This document shows positions 7,907 to 17,591 of a stretch of 59,677 nucleotides of DNA, in pieces (the first letter of the stretch is position 1; each line of letters opens with the position of its first letter). The notes beneath the pieces are model-generated. The model did no database searches. It saw nothing but the letters and a program-made list of their open reading frames with translations, and was not told where the DNA came from. Origin of the DNA: a virus. Its lineage: Duplodnaviria > Caudoviricetes. The position numbers were made by a program, and so were the translations under genes. The stretch covers positions 1-59,677 of the IMG/VR virus record IMGVR_UViG_3300035670_000231, one strand, 5' to 3'.

Positions 7907-8101
7907 TCAGCCCTCGTAGGTCCAGGCGTTTCGGAAGGTGCGGTCGCTCGGGACGTCGGCCGCGTCGATGATCTGGTACGGCTTGCCGGCAGGGACGTCC
8001 TTCCGGGCGATCTCCTCGGCGGTCAACCCGCAACCGGGGGCAGGGACAATGACAGCCACGCCGCCGTCGTCGGTGGGGTAGATGATGCGTTTGTCAGACA
8101 T
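7907..8101 (-). CDS. Putative fibre assembly protein
   Basis: IARKDVPAGKPYQII..PSDRTFRNAW. Confidence 0.7.
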   Translation of the reverse strand: MSDKRIIYPTDDGGVAVIVPAPGCGLTAEEIARKDVPAGKPYQIIDAADVPSDRTFRNAWTYEG

Positions 8102-8165
8102 GCTGGTTCCTCATAGTTTGCATTTGCCGGTGTGCGCGTGAAATTTGTGTACATATGCCCCCTGG

Positions 8166-8519
8166 TCAACGGAAGACGGTGACAAAGTTGTTTACGCCAT
8201 CCAGCGATGTGGTATATGTGCGATCACCTGTTCCAACACGGAAAGCAGATGTTGTTTGGCTGATGCGCTGCATTTGTCCAGCACCAGTAGCCCCGTCCGA
8301 ATAAAGTGATGCCGCATAGTTTGCGTCCGTCAGCGCGCTTGTAAAATTCACCGTGTAGTCGCCCGTGCCATTGTCGGTAATACTGCTCACGTTGAGACTT
8401 GCTCTAATCGCCACCGTCCCGGTGCCGTTGAAGTTGACCCAAGCCTTGGCGATGCCGGCCGAGTTCAAGAGGTCACCGCCGGTGCGGTTCTGGATGCTGT
8501 CGACGCGAAGGGTGCTCAC
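8166..8519 (-). CDS. Fibre tip-like paralog 3
   Basis: AWVNFNGTGTVAIRAS.NVSSITDNGTGDYTVNF; ends VFR. Confidence 0.8.
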   Translation of the reverse strand: MSTLRVDSIQNRTGGDLLNSAGIAKAWVNFNGTGTVAIRASLNVSSITDNGTGDYTVNFTSALTDANYAASLYSDGATGAGQMQRISQTTSAFRVGTGDRTYTTSLDGVNNFVTVFR

Positions 8520-8540
8520 GCATCGGCCCTGCCTTTCTGC

Positions 8541-8951
8541 TCAACGGAAAATCGCGACGCCGCCCTGCTCCGCGTCATAAGCGCCAGCATTCGGGCTGTA
8601 TGGGTTGAAGTTCGTGATCCTGACGGCCGATGCTGTCTTCACCGTTGGCGTCGTTGTCCCGGAGTTGGTGACGAATGCGGAATACATGGTCCAAGTAGTC
8701 CCGGTGATCGCGCCTGGGTTCTGAAAGGCCACGACGTAGTTTGCGTCTGCCAAGGCGCTCGCAAAGTTCACCGTGTAGTCTCCTGCGCCGTTGTCGGTGA
8801 TGCTGGAGACATTGAAGCTGGCGCGGATGGCGACGGTGCCGGTGCCGTTGAAATTGACCCAGGCCTTCGCCGAGCCGTCGACCACAGTATTGGTCGGCAC
8901 GGACTTCGAGCCGTCGGCGTTGGCCAGGGTCGCGATGCGAAGGGTGCTCAT
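8541..8951 (-). CDS. Fibre tip-like paralog 2
   Basis: Same conserved block; ends IFR. Confidence 0.8.
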   Translation of the reverse strand: MSTLRIATLANADGSKSVPTNTVVDGSAKAWVNFNGTGTVAIRASFNVSSITDNGAGDYTVNFASALADANYVVAFQNPGAITGTTWTMYSAFVTNSGTTTPTVKTASAVRITNFNPYSPNAGAYDAEQGGVAIFR

Positions 8952-8960
8952 GGCGGGCTT

Positions 8961-9332
8961 TCAGCGGAAGACGACAGCGGTAAGGTCGGCATTGTCGGTG
9001 CCGGCCGTGCCGCTCTGCGCCGTGCCGAAGCGGAAGCCGGAGGTCGTCGGCGCCACGCGCACGCCGTTCGTCGGGCTGCCGAACAGGTAGAAGTTCTTCG
9101 TGGCCGTGGAGCCGCCGAAGCCGTGGCAGACCAGCGCCGCGTAGTCCGCGTCCGGCAGGGCGGTGGCGAAGTTGACCGTGTAATCCCCGGCGCCGTGATC
9201 GGTGATCGAGGAGACGTTGCCCGAGGCGCGGATCGCCACCGTCCCGGTGCCGTTGAAGTTCACCCAGGCGCGGGCGGTGAAGCGCTCGACGCCCGAGGCA
9301 TCCTGCAGGGTGTTGACCTTCAGCGTGGACAT
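8961..9332 (-). CDS. Fibre tip-like paralog 1
   Basis: Same conserved block; ends VFR. Confidence 0.8.
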   Translation of the reverse strand: MSTLKVNTLQDASGVERFTARAWVNFNGTGTVAIRASGNVSSITDHGAGDYTVNFATALPDADYAALVCHGFGGSTATKNFYLFGSPTNGVRVAPTTSGFRFGTAQSGTAGTDNADLTAVVFR

Positions 9333-9342
9333 GCTGGCGCTC

Positions 9343-10344
9343 TCAAACGATGGCCCAGACGGCGCCGGACTCGACCGTCACCGTGAAGCCGTTGTTGATG
9401 GTGATCGGGCCGGCGCTCAGGCCGTTGAGGCCCGAGGTGATCGTGATGTTCTCGGCGATGGTGTTGCTGTTGTAGGCGATCGCCTTGGTCGCCGCCGTGC
9501 CCAGGTACTGTCCGCCAGCGGCCGGCGCTTGGCTTACCCAGGCGCTGCCGTTGGAGGTCAGGACATTGCCGGCCGTGCCGGGGGTCACGTTGGCCAGGGC
9601 GCCGATCTCGGAAAGCGACCACGAGACGTTCGAAGAGCCGTTCACCGACTTGCCGGTCGAGCCGATCGTCAGGGTCCGGCTGCTGCCCCAGTACGAGGTG
9701 ATGATGTTGGCGGTGCCAAAGAAAGTCGTGCCGTTGATCGTGCGGCCGGTCTGGAGCTGCGTCGCCGAGCTGGCGTTGCCCGAGAGCGAGCCCGAGAAGG
9801 TCGAGCAGGTCAGGACGTTGGTTCCGGGATTGAAGCTCAGCCCGCCGTTGTCGGTGTAGAGCGAGCGGTTGCCGTTGGCGTTGCCGGCCGGGTTGCAGTA
9901 CGGGACCGGGTAGGCCACGCTGTCGTCCGGGCTCTCGGTGATGTAGAGCTGCGTGGCCGACGCGGCATTGCCCGTGATCGAGATGCCCCAGGTGCCGGAC
10001 GCGCCGGTGCCGTTCAGCGGCGCCAGCCCGGAGCGGGCATCGGCCTTGATGTCGTCGAGCAGGGCGCGCACCAGCCGAAGCTCGACGATGGCCCCGGCCG
10101 AGAAGGCCTGCGCCGTGGTCCCGTCCTGGCCGCGCACGATGGTAAAAGTGTCGGTCGAGCGCGCCGTGACCTTCACGATCTCAACGTTGCCGGCGTTGTC
10201 GTCGAGCGTGACGTAGAAGTGATCGGCTATCGAGATAACCGGGAACAGGACGCCCTGGCCACTGGCCACGGCCATCGAGGTGGCCGAGTTGGTGATGCCG
10301 GCAGCGAGCGTCGAGACGGCGCGGTTGGTGTAGAGCGCGGCCAT
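9343..10344 (-). CDS. Fibre-like structural protein
   Basis: GNAxSATQL repeats, RTING..F.G, GTAGNVLTSNG motifs typical of phage fibres. Confidence 0.8.
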   Translation of the reverse strand: MAALYTNRAVSTLAAGITNSATSMAVASGQGVLFPVISIADHFYVTLDDNAGNVEIVKVTARSTDTFTIVRGQDGTTAQAFSAGAIVELRLVRALLDDIKADARSGLAPLNGTGASGTWGISITGNAASATQLYITESPDDSVAYPVPYCNPAGNANGNRSLYTDNGGLSFNPGTNVLTCSTFSGSLSGNASSATQLQTGRTINGTTFFGTANIITSYWGSSRTLTIGSTGKSVNGSSNVSWSLSEIGALANVTPGTAGNVLTSNGSAWVSQAPAAGGQYLGTAATKAIAYNSNTIAENITITSGLNGLSAGPITINNGFTVTVESGAVWAIV

Positions 10345-13300
10345 TACGCGGCCTCCCGGAAGTCAAGATAGAGCACTTCGACCGTGGCCGTGATCTGGCT
10401 TGGGGCCACCTCGGCCGAGGCGCCGCCATAGGTTACCGCATCGAGCTGCGCCACGATGGCCGACGGCTGCACCTCGGCGGTGATGGCCGAAGCCGGCAGC
10501 GCGGCGGTGATCTCGGAAGGGGCTGCGGCAGCGCCGGTGCCGACGAAGGCGTTGATCTCGGCGAGATAGGTCGAGACGATCCGCCCGTTCGCCGTGGCCA
10601 GCGCCAGGGCCGGGCCGGCGATCGGCTTGGCCAGGGCAAGGCCGGCGGACGCGGCGGCGGTGGCCGAGCCGGAGCCCGAGGCGACGAGCTGCAGGCGGGC
10701 TGCCCCGGACGCCGAGGCCGTGGCCTGCACCCCCGCGGCGATCGCCTTGGCAAGGGCGAGGTCGGCCGATGCCGTGGCCGTTGCCGTGAGGGCGGCGGCC
10801 AGGACGAGGCCCACACGGATCTCGGCGGCGGCCGTGGCCGAGGCGTCGAGGTCTCCGCCGACCAGCTTCCCAATCGCCAGGGAAGCCTCGGCCGAGGCGA
10901 CGGCGGCGGCTGATCCGGCGAGCGGGACGACCAGCTCGGCCTGCCCGGCGACCGCCACGGTGACGGCGGCAGAGCCGGCCAGCGGCACGGCCAGATCGAG
11001 GCCGGCGTCGATCGCCGCGGCGGCGGCAGCAGCGCCTGCCAGCGGCTTGACGAGGTCGGCAGCACCGGCGGCGTCCACCTGGGCGGCGACGGCCGCCTGC
11101 AGGAGCTTGCCCAGGACGGCGGCCGAGCTGGTCTGCGCCACGGCCTCGGCGGCGGCTTCGATGCGCTTGTCCAGGGCGGCGCTGGCCGTCGTCTCGCCCG
11201 AGCCGGTGGCGGAGGCCTCCAGGGCCTTGTCCACGGCCACGGCGCCAGCGGTGGCGCCCGCAACGGCGGCAGCTCCAGCGAGCCGGAAATCGAGCGAGAT
11301 CGCTCCGGCGGCTTCGACGCTGGCGGCGGCAGCCCCGGCGACGACGAAGGCCACGACCGCATCGGCCTGGGCATCGGCTGCGGCATCGGCGGCGCCGGCC
11401 AGCGGCTTCGCTATGGCGAGGTCGGCGGCGGCGGCAGCGCCGCCCGCCACGGCCGCACCCAGGTCCTTGTCCACCGCGATCGAGCCGGCGCAGGCGCTGG
11501 CGGCGGCGGCGGATCCATCGAGCGGCTTGGCGATGCCCAGCGTGCCCGCCACAGCCCCGCTGGCGGCGATCGCGGCATCGAGGCGATAGGCGACCCCTAC
11601 GTCCCCTGCGGCAGCGGCCGTGGCGGCCACGTCGGCGGCCATGGGCACGTCGAGGTCGATGGCCCCTGCGGCCTGCGCCGTGGCTTCGGACGAGCCGTCG
11701 GCCCGGAAGGCCACCAGAACGGCGCCGTCTGCCGAGGCGGACGCGATCGAGTCCCCCGCCAGCGGCTTGTCCAGCAGCGCCGAGGCGTCGGCGATGGCGA
11801 CGACCGAGCCTGCGGCGGCGATGGTCTTCTGCAGCTCAGCGCTGGCGGTCGTGGTGCCGGATGCCTGCAGCTCGGCGGACAGCGCCTTGTCGGTGACGAG
11901 GCCGGCGGTGACCGTGGTGGAAGCCTGCGCCGAGGCCTCCAGCGGCTTGACGGCGGCGACATCGGCAGCGGCGGCGGCGGTGGCATCGAGAGCGGCCGAC
12001 AGCTCCTTGACGAGGTCCAGGGCGGCGTCCGCGCTGGCCGAGGCCGAGGCGCCGCCAGCCACGGCCTGGGCCACCAGGAGCGTGCCGGAGGCCGAGGCGG
12101 TGGCCGTGATGTCGACGGCGACCGGCGTCTCCAGGTCGAGCGAGGCGAACGCCGCGGCGGTGCCGGTGAGGGCGCCGGCAAGCGGGCGATCGACGACGGC
12201 CGATCCGGCGGCCGCGGCCTGGGCATCGAGGTCGGCAGCGAGGACGAAGGCGACCTGGGCGGCGGCCGAGGCCTGCGCGGTGGCCGATGCCGAACCGGCG
12301 ACGGGCTTGGCCAGCGCGAGGTCGGCTTCAGCCGCGGCGGACCCGGCGGCAGCGCCTTCCACGACGGCGGCGATCGATGCCGAGCCGCTGGCCGTGGCGG
12401 TGGCCTGCAGCGCTCCGGCGACGGCCTTGACCGACTGCAGGTCGGCCGTGGCGGCGGCCGTGGCGCTGCCCGAGCCGGCGACCTCGAAGGCGACGACCGG
12501 CGCTGCCGCGGTCGTGGCGGTTGCGCTGATCGAGGCGGCAAGCGGGCGGTCGGCGACGGCGGCGCCAGCGACGGCAGCACTGGCCGTGGCATCGGCGTCC
12601 AGCGGCTTGCCCAGGGCGACGGCTGCGGCGGCTGCTGCGGTTGCGGCGAGCGCGGCCTGGAGCGGCTTGGCCGCGACGACGTTTGCAGCAGCGGCAGCGG
12701 CGACGGCCGCGGCGGCCCCGAGCTGCTTCGTGACATCGAGGGCGGCGCTGGTGGCGGCGGTGGCCTGGGCGGAGCCGGCGACGGCGAACCCGACCAGCGC
12801 CGTGCCGGCCACGCTGGCGGAGGCCTGGGCCGAGCCGGCCAGCCGGTAATCGACGCTCGTGTCGGCCGCGGCCGAGACTGTGCCCGTAGCGGCGCCGTCG
12901 ACCCGGAAGGCGACCCTGGCGGCAGCGTTGGCGCTGACCGAAGCGGCGATCGAGGCGCTCAGCAGCTTGCCGAGGAGAGCGGCGGAAAAGGTCTGCGCAA
13001 CCGCGAAGCCGGCGGCGCTGATGGTCTTCTGCAGGTCCGCCTGGGCCGAGGTGGCGCCCTCGGACGTGGCGGCGCCGGCCAGGGCCTTGAGCGTGGCGAG
13101 GTCGCCTGCGGTGGCGACGCTGGCGGCGAGCGAGCCGGCGAGCGGGCGCTCGGCCACGGCGAAGCCAGTGACGCTTGCCGAGGCGGATCCCGCGCCAGCG
13201 ACCACGTAGGCCACCCGGATCGCGGCGGCGGCGTTGCCGGTGGCGGTGATCGAGCCGGCGACGGGCTTCGTCGCAGCCAGGGAGGCGCTGGCGCTGGCGG

Positions 13301-14108
13301 TTCCGGCCAGGGTGCCGCCCAGCGGCTTGGCGATGGTGACGGCGCCCGAGGAGACGGCGCTCGCGGCCGAGGCGCCCGCCAGGGGCTTGGCGATCGCGAC
13401 CTGGGCGGCCGCGGCGGCCGAGCTGCTGATCGAGCCCGCGATGGTCAGCGCGGCTACGGCCGAGGCCGAGACGGTAACCGAGCCGCTGATCGAGGCGGCA
13501 AGCGGGCGCTCGGCCACCGCCAGCCCGGCGAGCGAGGCCGTGGCGGTGATCGAGGCGGCGAGCGGCTTCTCTGCGGCTACGGCGCCAGAGACGTCGGCCG
13601 TGGCCGTGGCGTCAGCGGCCAGGGGCTTGGCGAGGCTCGCCTCGGCGGAGGCGTCTGCCGTGGCCGTAGGCTCGCCGGACAGCTCCTTGGTGATGCCGAG
13701 CGAGGCAAGGGTGCTGGCATCGCCGGCGAGCGCGCCCGCCAGGGGCTTGCTGGCATCCAGGGCGGCGGTGGCGCTGGCACTGCTGGCGACAGAGCCGTCC
13801 ACGGGCTTGGCGGCGTCGATCGCGCCGCTCGTGTCGGCCGATGCGGCGGCAGAGCCCTCGACCGGCTTGGTGAGGCTGAAGGCGCCGCTGGCGCTCGCCG
13901 ATGCGGCAATCGAGGCGGCCGCCGGCTTGTCGATCGCCAGGGCGGCGCTGACGTCCGCGGAAGCGGCAGCGGCGCCGGCCAGCGCCTTGGTGACGCTGAG
14001 CGACGCCGCGACGGCAGCCGATGCGGCCAGTCCGGCAGCCAGATCGACCGGCTGGCCGGACGACGCGTTGAGGGCGCCGGAATTGAGCGGCCGTGCGTTG
14101 ATCAGCAT
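10344..14108 (-). CDS. 1254-aa Ala-rich 20-residue repeat protein (putative fibre shaft or ruler)
   Basis: Roughly 55-60 repeats such as KPLAGALAGDASTLASLGIT; GGAGG RBS; TAATG coupling to next gene. Confidence 0.85.
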   Translation of the reverse strand: MLINARPLNSGALNASSGQPVDLAAGLAASAAVAASLSVTKALAGAAAASADVSAALAIDKPAAASIAASASASGAFSLTKPVEGSAAASADTSGAIDAAKPVDGSVASSASATAALDASKPLAGALAGDASTLASLGITKELSGEPTATADASAEASLAKPLAADATATADVSGAVAAEKPLAASITATASLAGLAVAERPLAASISGSVTVSASAVAALTIAGSISSSAAAAAQVAIAKPLAGASAASAVSSGAVTIAKPLGGTLAGTASASASLAATKPVAGSITATGNAAAAIRVAYVVAGAGSASASVTGFAVAERPLAGSLAASVATAGDLATLKALAGAATSEGATSAQADLQKTISAAGFAVAQTFSAALLGKLLSASIAASVSANAAARVAFRVDGAATGTVSAAADTSVDYRLAGSAQASASVAGTALVGFAVAGSAQATAATSAALDVTKQLGAAAAVAAAAAANVVAAKPLQAALAATAAAAAAVALGKPLDADATASAAVAGAAVADRPLAASISATATTAAAPVVAFEVAGSGSATAAATADLQSVKAVAGALQATATASGSASIAAVVEGAAAGSAAAEADLALAKPVAGSASATAQASAAAQVAFVLAADLDAQAAAAGSAVVDRPLAGALTGTAAAFASLDLETPVAVDITATASASGTLLVAQAVAGGASASASADAALDLVKELSAALDATAAAAADVAAVKPLEASAQASTTVTAGLVTDKALSAELQASGTTTASAELQKTIAAAGSVVAIADASALLDKPLAGDSIASASADGAVLVAFRADGSSEATAQAAGAIDLDVPMAADVAATAAAAGDVGVAYRLDAAIAASGAVAGTLGIAKPLDGSAAAASACAGSIAVDKDLGAAVAGGAAAAADLAIAKPLAGAADAAADAQADAVVAFVVAGAAAASVEAAGAISLDFRLAGAAAVAGATAGAVAVDKALEASATGSGETTASAALDKRIEAAAEAVAQTSSAAVLGKLLQAAVAAQVDAAGAADLVKPLAGAAAAAAAIDAGLDLAVPLAGSAAVTVAVAGQAELVVPLAGSAAAVASAEASLAIGKLVGGDLDASATAAAEIRVGLVLAAALTATATASADLALAKAIAAGVQATASASGAARLQLVASGSGSATAAASAGLALAKPIAGPALALATANGRIVSTYLAEINAFVGTGAAAAPSEITAALPASAITAEVQPSAIVAQLDAVTYGGASAEVAPSQITATVEVLYLDFREAA

Positions 14109-14127
14109 GGCGCCCTCCGGCGCAGGA

Positions 14128-14562
14128 TCAGGCGAAGGTGATGGTCAGCGACCCGGCCGGGAACGACACGGTGTCGCCCTGGTTGATGGTCTTGGCGACG
14201 GCGAGCGTGCCGTAGAAGAGCATGTTGCCGCTCGATGCGGCATCGTAGATGGCGAAGTGGGAGGCGGTTCCCCAGGTGCCGGACGGCGTGGCGAAGGTGA
14301 TGGCAGCGTTGTTGCTCGTCTGGCCGCCAGTGCCGCTGGAGGCCAAGGTGGAGCCCGCCGACTGCGTGCCGGCCCAGTTGGCCAGCGACGAGGTGACGGC
14401 GACCCGGCTGTAGTTGTTGCCGGAGATCTCGGTGCCGCCGCCCGTATCGCTCGGCGCGGACGTCAGCAGGCCGATGTAAAGCGTGGCGGGCGCGGTAAGC
14501 GTCTGGGCCCGGAACAAGTGGTCGACCAGCTTGTTCTCCAGGTAGTTCGTCAAGGCGGACAT
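14128..14562 (-). CDS. Small fibre-associated virion protein
   Basis: MSALTNYLENKLVDH..LYIGLLT..YSRVAV..ITF..WGT..FAIYDA..GNML. Confidence 0.85.
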   Translation of the reverse strand: MSALTNYLENKLVDHLFRAQTLTAPATLYIGLLTSAPSDTGGGTEISGNNYSRVAVTSSLANWAGTQSAGSTLASSGTGGQTSNNAAITFATPSGTWGTASHFAIYDAASSGNMLFYGTLAVAKTINQGDTVSFPAGSLTITFA

Positions 14563-14584
14563 CGCGGTTTCCTTTCGTGATTCG

Positions 14585-14914
14585 TCAGTTGAACTGGGCG
14601 CGGACGGCGAACTTCAGGGGCTCGTAGACCGTCTGTTTTTCGCCATCGAAGTCGATCTCGATCTCGCCCTCGTAGGCCCCGGGCTCGACGTCCAAGGTGT
14701 TGCCCGGAAAGTTGAACGACACCTCGCCCGCGGTGCCGCCGTTGATCTTGGTGCAGACGATCGTCGACAGGACGGCCGTCTCGCCGGCCTGCCGGAAGTG
14801 CATCACCACCGTGGCGCTGCTCACGTCCATGGGCGTGCCGTCCGCCTGCTTCAGGGTCAGGCGGATGTACGGGCGGTTGTCGCCCTGGACGAGCTTGATC
14901 TTGCCGGTGCTCAC
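14585..14914 (-). CDS. BppU N-terminal-like adaptor protein
   Basis: QGDNRP.I..TL, YEGEIEIDF, LKF.VR Ig-like pattern. Confidence 0.7.
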   Translation of the reverse strand: MSTGKIKLVQGDNRPYIRLTLKQADGTPMDVSSATVVMHFRQAGETAVLSTIVCTKINGGTAGEVSFNFPGNTLDVEPGAYEGEIEIDFDGEKQTVYEPLKFAVRAQFN

Positions 14915-14941
14915 GCGCTGCCTCTCGGAATGGCTGGTCGA

Positions 14942-16297
14942 TTATGCCGGCAGGGCCGCGTCATCGGCGGATTCGCCGTCCGGAGTGAACGGGTCCTCGC
15001 CGCCCCCCTCCTCGGGCGCCGGCGGCAGGCCTGCGGCCTCGCGCAGATGGTTCTCCAGATCGCGGTCGGGGAAGAGCGGGGCACCAGCCGACGCGAGCGT
15101 CTGGATGAAGGTCGCCAGCTCGCCGAGGTTGGGCCGCTCCAGATCGCCCGGGACCAGCGTCGGCATGAACTCGGGCGGCAGGCCGTTCAGACGCCAGAGC
15201 CTGGGCAGCAGGTGCCGGTTCAGCGTGTCGGACATGGCCTGCAGGAACCCGCCGATAGCGGTGGCGAAGAGTGCCGTCTTGTCCGAGCTGAGCGCGAAGG
15301 AGCCGACGCTCTGCTGGCCGAGGAAGATGAAGTCCGCCAGGACCGAGGTGGCGATCGCCCGGTTGTAGCGGTCGACGACCTTGGACGTGTCGAAGGTGCG
15401 CGAGCCGCCGGTGGACAGGAGCTTGAAGTCGAAGAGCAGGTTGCCGCTGGAATCGCGGTCGGACGGGATGATGATCCCCTCCTGGCGATCGCGGCGCACG
15501 TTAGTCACCATCTGCTGCCACGCCAGATAGACCGCCCGGTCGAGCGGATCCGCCTCGGGGCTCATGTAGGTCGACGGGATCGCCGCCACGGGCAGGCCGG
15601 CGAGGTCGCGCTCGATGCCGACCCCCTCGATCTCCTCGATCCGCTTCTTGAAGTACCAGGGCCGGTAGGCGTTGCGCAGAATCGACCGGCCCTCGGGGTT
15701 GTTGCGCTCGGGCGTGGTGCGGAAGAGCAGCAGCTTCTCGATCGGCAGGTAGATCATGGCCCCGGCCCAGGGCTGCTGCCACAGGCCGTTCAGCGAGTCG
15801 TCCTCCGGGTCGAAGTCCCAGCGCCAGATGGTCTGCTGCCCGCGCAGGGCGATTGTGCGAATGCCGATCTTGCCGTCGGTGTAAGCCGAGCGGGCGGCGC
15901 CGTCGCGGGCGTTGGGGCCGAGGCGGCGCTTCCAGACGATCTCCATGGGCGCGTAGCCGTAGGTGAACATCGAGCAGGCCTCGGCCACGACGTCGCTCCA
16001 GGGCACGCTCATGTCGGCCAGGACCTCCTCGACGAAGGTCTTGGCGGCATCGGCCTCGGGCGATTCGTCGATGGCCTGGACGTTCCACTTGGCCTGCCGG
16101 ATCAGCATCGTCACCGCGAACAGGATGGCGCCGACCACCGGGTCGTTGTCGGCCATCTCGCGGTAGGTGCGGGCGCCGCGGACGCCCTGCAGCTCCTTGA
16201 GGTACTCCTCGGAGACGAAGCCGCCGAACTGCCGCAGGCCGGTCGAGCCGATGGTGGCCGGGTCGAACTTCAGCTTGTAGGGGGTCGCTTCGGCCAT
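14942..16297 (-). CDS. Portal protein (DUF935 type)
   Basis: Follows terL; NPEGRSILRNAYRPWYFKK..GIERDLAGLP, GSFALS. Confidence 0.9.
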   Translation of the reverse strand: MAEATPYKLKFDPATIGSTGLRQFGGFVSEEYLKELQGVRGARTYREMADNDPVVGAILFAVTMLIRQAKWNVQAIDESPEADAAKTFVEEVLADMSVPWSDVVAEACSMFTYGYAPMEIVWKRRLGPNARDGAARSAYTDGKIGIRTIALRGQQTIWRWDFDPEDDSLNGLWQQPWAGAMIYLPIEKLLLFRTTPERNNPEGRSILRNAYRPWYFKKRIEEIEGVGIERDLAGLPVAAIPSTYMSPEADPLDRAVYLAWQQMVTNVRRDRQEGIIIPSDRDSSGNLLFDFKLLSTGGSRTFDTSKVVDRYNRAIATSVLADFIFLGQQSVGSFALSSDKTALFATAIGGFLQAMSDTLNRHLLPRLWRLNGLPPEFMPTLVPGDLERPNLGELATFIQTLASAGAPLFPDRDLENHLREAAGLPPAPEEGGGEDPFTPDGESADDAALPA

Positions 16298-16315
16298 CCT
16301 GGTCTCCGTGGGTGA

Positions 16316-17581
16316 TCACGCGCCGCCGAGCCACGGCGAGATCCGGGTGCCGCCGCCCGGAGCCATCGCGCTGAACATCGCGGGCGACAGTTGGCGGTGC
16401 TTCTCGACCGCCAGGGCCAGCGCCATGACGCAGTCGTCATGATACCCGTCGGGGGCCGAGTAGCGGACACCGGTCCGCGTGTAGCGGTACTCGAAGTTCT
16501 CCAGCTCGGCGATCACCGGCCCGGCCATGATGCCCAGCTCGTGGCCCTGGATGGCGACGGCCAAGCCCTCCATGAGCTGCTGCTTCGTGGTGGCGGTGAA
16601 CTTGAAGCCCTCGATGGTGCGCCGCTTCTGGGACAGGCCCTCGACGACGGGGTCGCCCACGCCGGTGGAGTCCAAGAGCGTCGGCGCCTTGCCGACGAGG
16701 CCCAGGATCCGCTCGGCGGTCTTGTCCCAGGGCAGCTTCTGCCAGCGGTCGAAGCCAGTCATCTGGCGGGCCTTGTCCAGGCCGATCAGCACCGTCCAGT
16801 CGATCGACTTGGCGAGGTCGCCGCCGACGCACACGGTGGGCGCGGCCGACAGCCTGGTGATCGTGCAGGCGTCGATGTGCTTGAGCCCGAACGGGTTGCC
16901 GTCGTCGTCGCTGGGCTCGGCGAGGTACAGCTCGCGGAACACGTTCTCGGGCAGCAGGCGCTGCGCGTCCTCGATCTCCTCGCGGGCGAGCACGCCACCG
17001 GCCACGGCGTCCCAGGCGGTGAGCTTGGCGTAGGACATGCCGGGCTCGCCGGCCTCGGCCTTGCGGGCGAGCTTGTAGTGCCAGTTCGACCGGCCCTTGA
17101 CGTTGCCGATGATCCGCACCGGGCCGCGGGTGGCGGTCAGGGTCGAGCGGACCGCGATCCATGACTCCTCGCGGCAGCGCGAGGCCTCGTCGACGACCGC
17201 GGCATAGACGTCCTCGCCGTACAGGTTGTCAGGCTTCTCGGCCGACTTGAACCAGAGCGTGGCGCCGTTGGGCAGCGCCAGGGTGAGTTCCCCCTCGTTG
17301 GCCCGGTAGAGCGCTCGCGGCAGCCCGCGCTTGATCCGGCGGAAGGCGATCTTGGCCTGGGGGTAGACCGGGGCGACCCACCAGTAGGAGCGGCCGGGGG
17401 CGCCGTGGATCACCGCCTGCTCGACCAGCCACGCCATGCAGCCGACCGTCTTGCCGGCCTTGGTCGAGGCCTCGATCAGCGCGTAGCGGGCGGCCTGCCC
17501 GTTGACGTCGCGGGCGTCGAAGATGGCCGCCTGCTGCGCCGGGTAGAGCCACGGCCGCTCGTACTCGATGGTGACCGGCAT
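16316..17581 (-). CDS. terL: Terminase large subunit
   Basis: STKAGKT Walker A, VVDEA Walker B, DLAKSID and HDDCVMALALA nuclease motifs. Confidence 0.95.
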   Translation of the reverse strand: MPVTIEYERPWLYPAQQAAIFDARDVNGQAARYALIEASTKAGKTVGCMAWLVEQAVIHGAPGRSYWWVAPVYPQAKIAFRRIKRGLPRALYRANEGELTLALPNGATLWFKSAEKPDNLYGEDVYAAVVDEASRCREESWIAVRSTLTATRGPVRIIGNVKGRSNWHYKLARKAEAGEPGMSYAKLTAWDAVAGGVLAREEIEDAQRLLPENVFRELYLAEPSDDDGNPFGLKHIDACTITRLSAAPTVCVGGDLAKSIDWTVLIGLDKARQMTGFDRWQKLPWDKTAERILGLVGKAPTLLDSTGVGDPVVEGLSQKRRTIEGFKFTATTKQQLMEGLAVAIQGHELGIMAGPVIAELENFEYRYTRTGVRYSAPDGYHDDCVMALALAVEKHRQLSPAMFSAMAPGGGTRISPWLGGA

Positions 17582-17591
17582 CGTCGGCGGC

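Noticed and set aside
8166-9332. Diversity-generating retroelement or invertible fibre cassette
   Set aside because: No reverse transcriptase or invertase, repeats are direct, and differences are not adenine-specific
10344-14108. CRISPR-like periodic repeats (60-nt period)
   Set aside because: Degenerate coding repeats with no constant repeat/unique spacer structure and no cas genes
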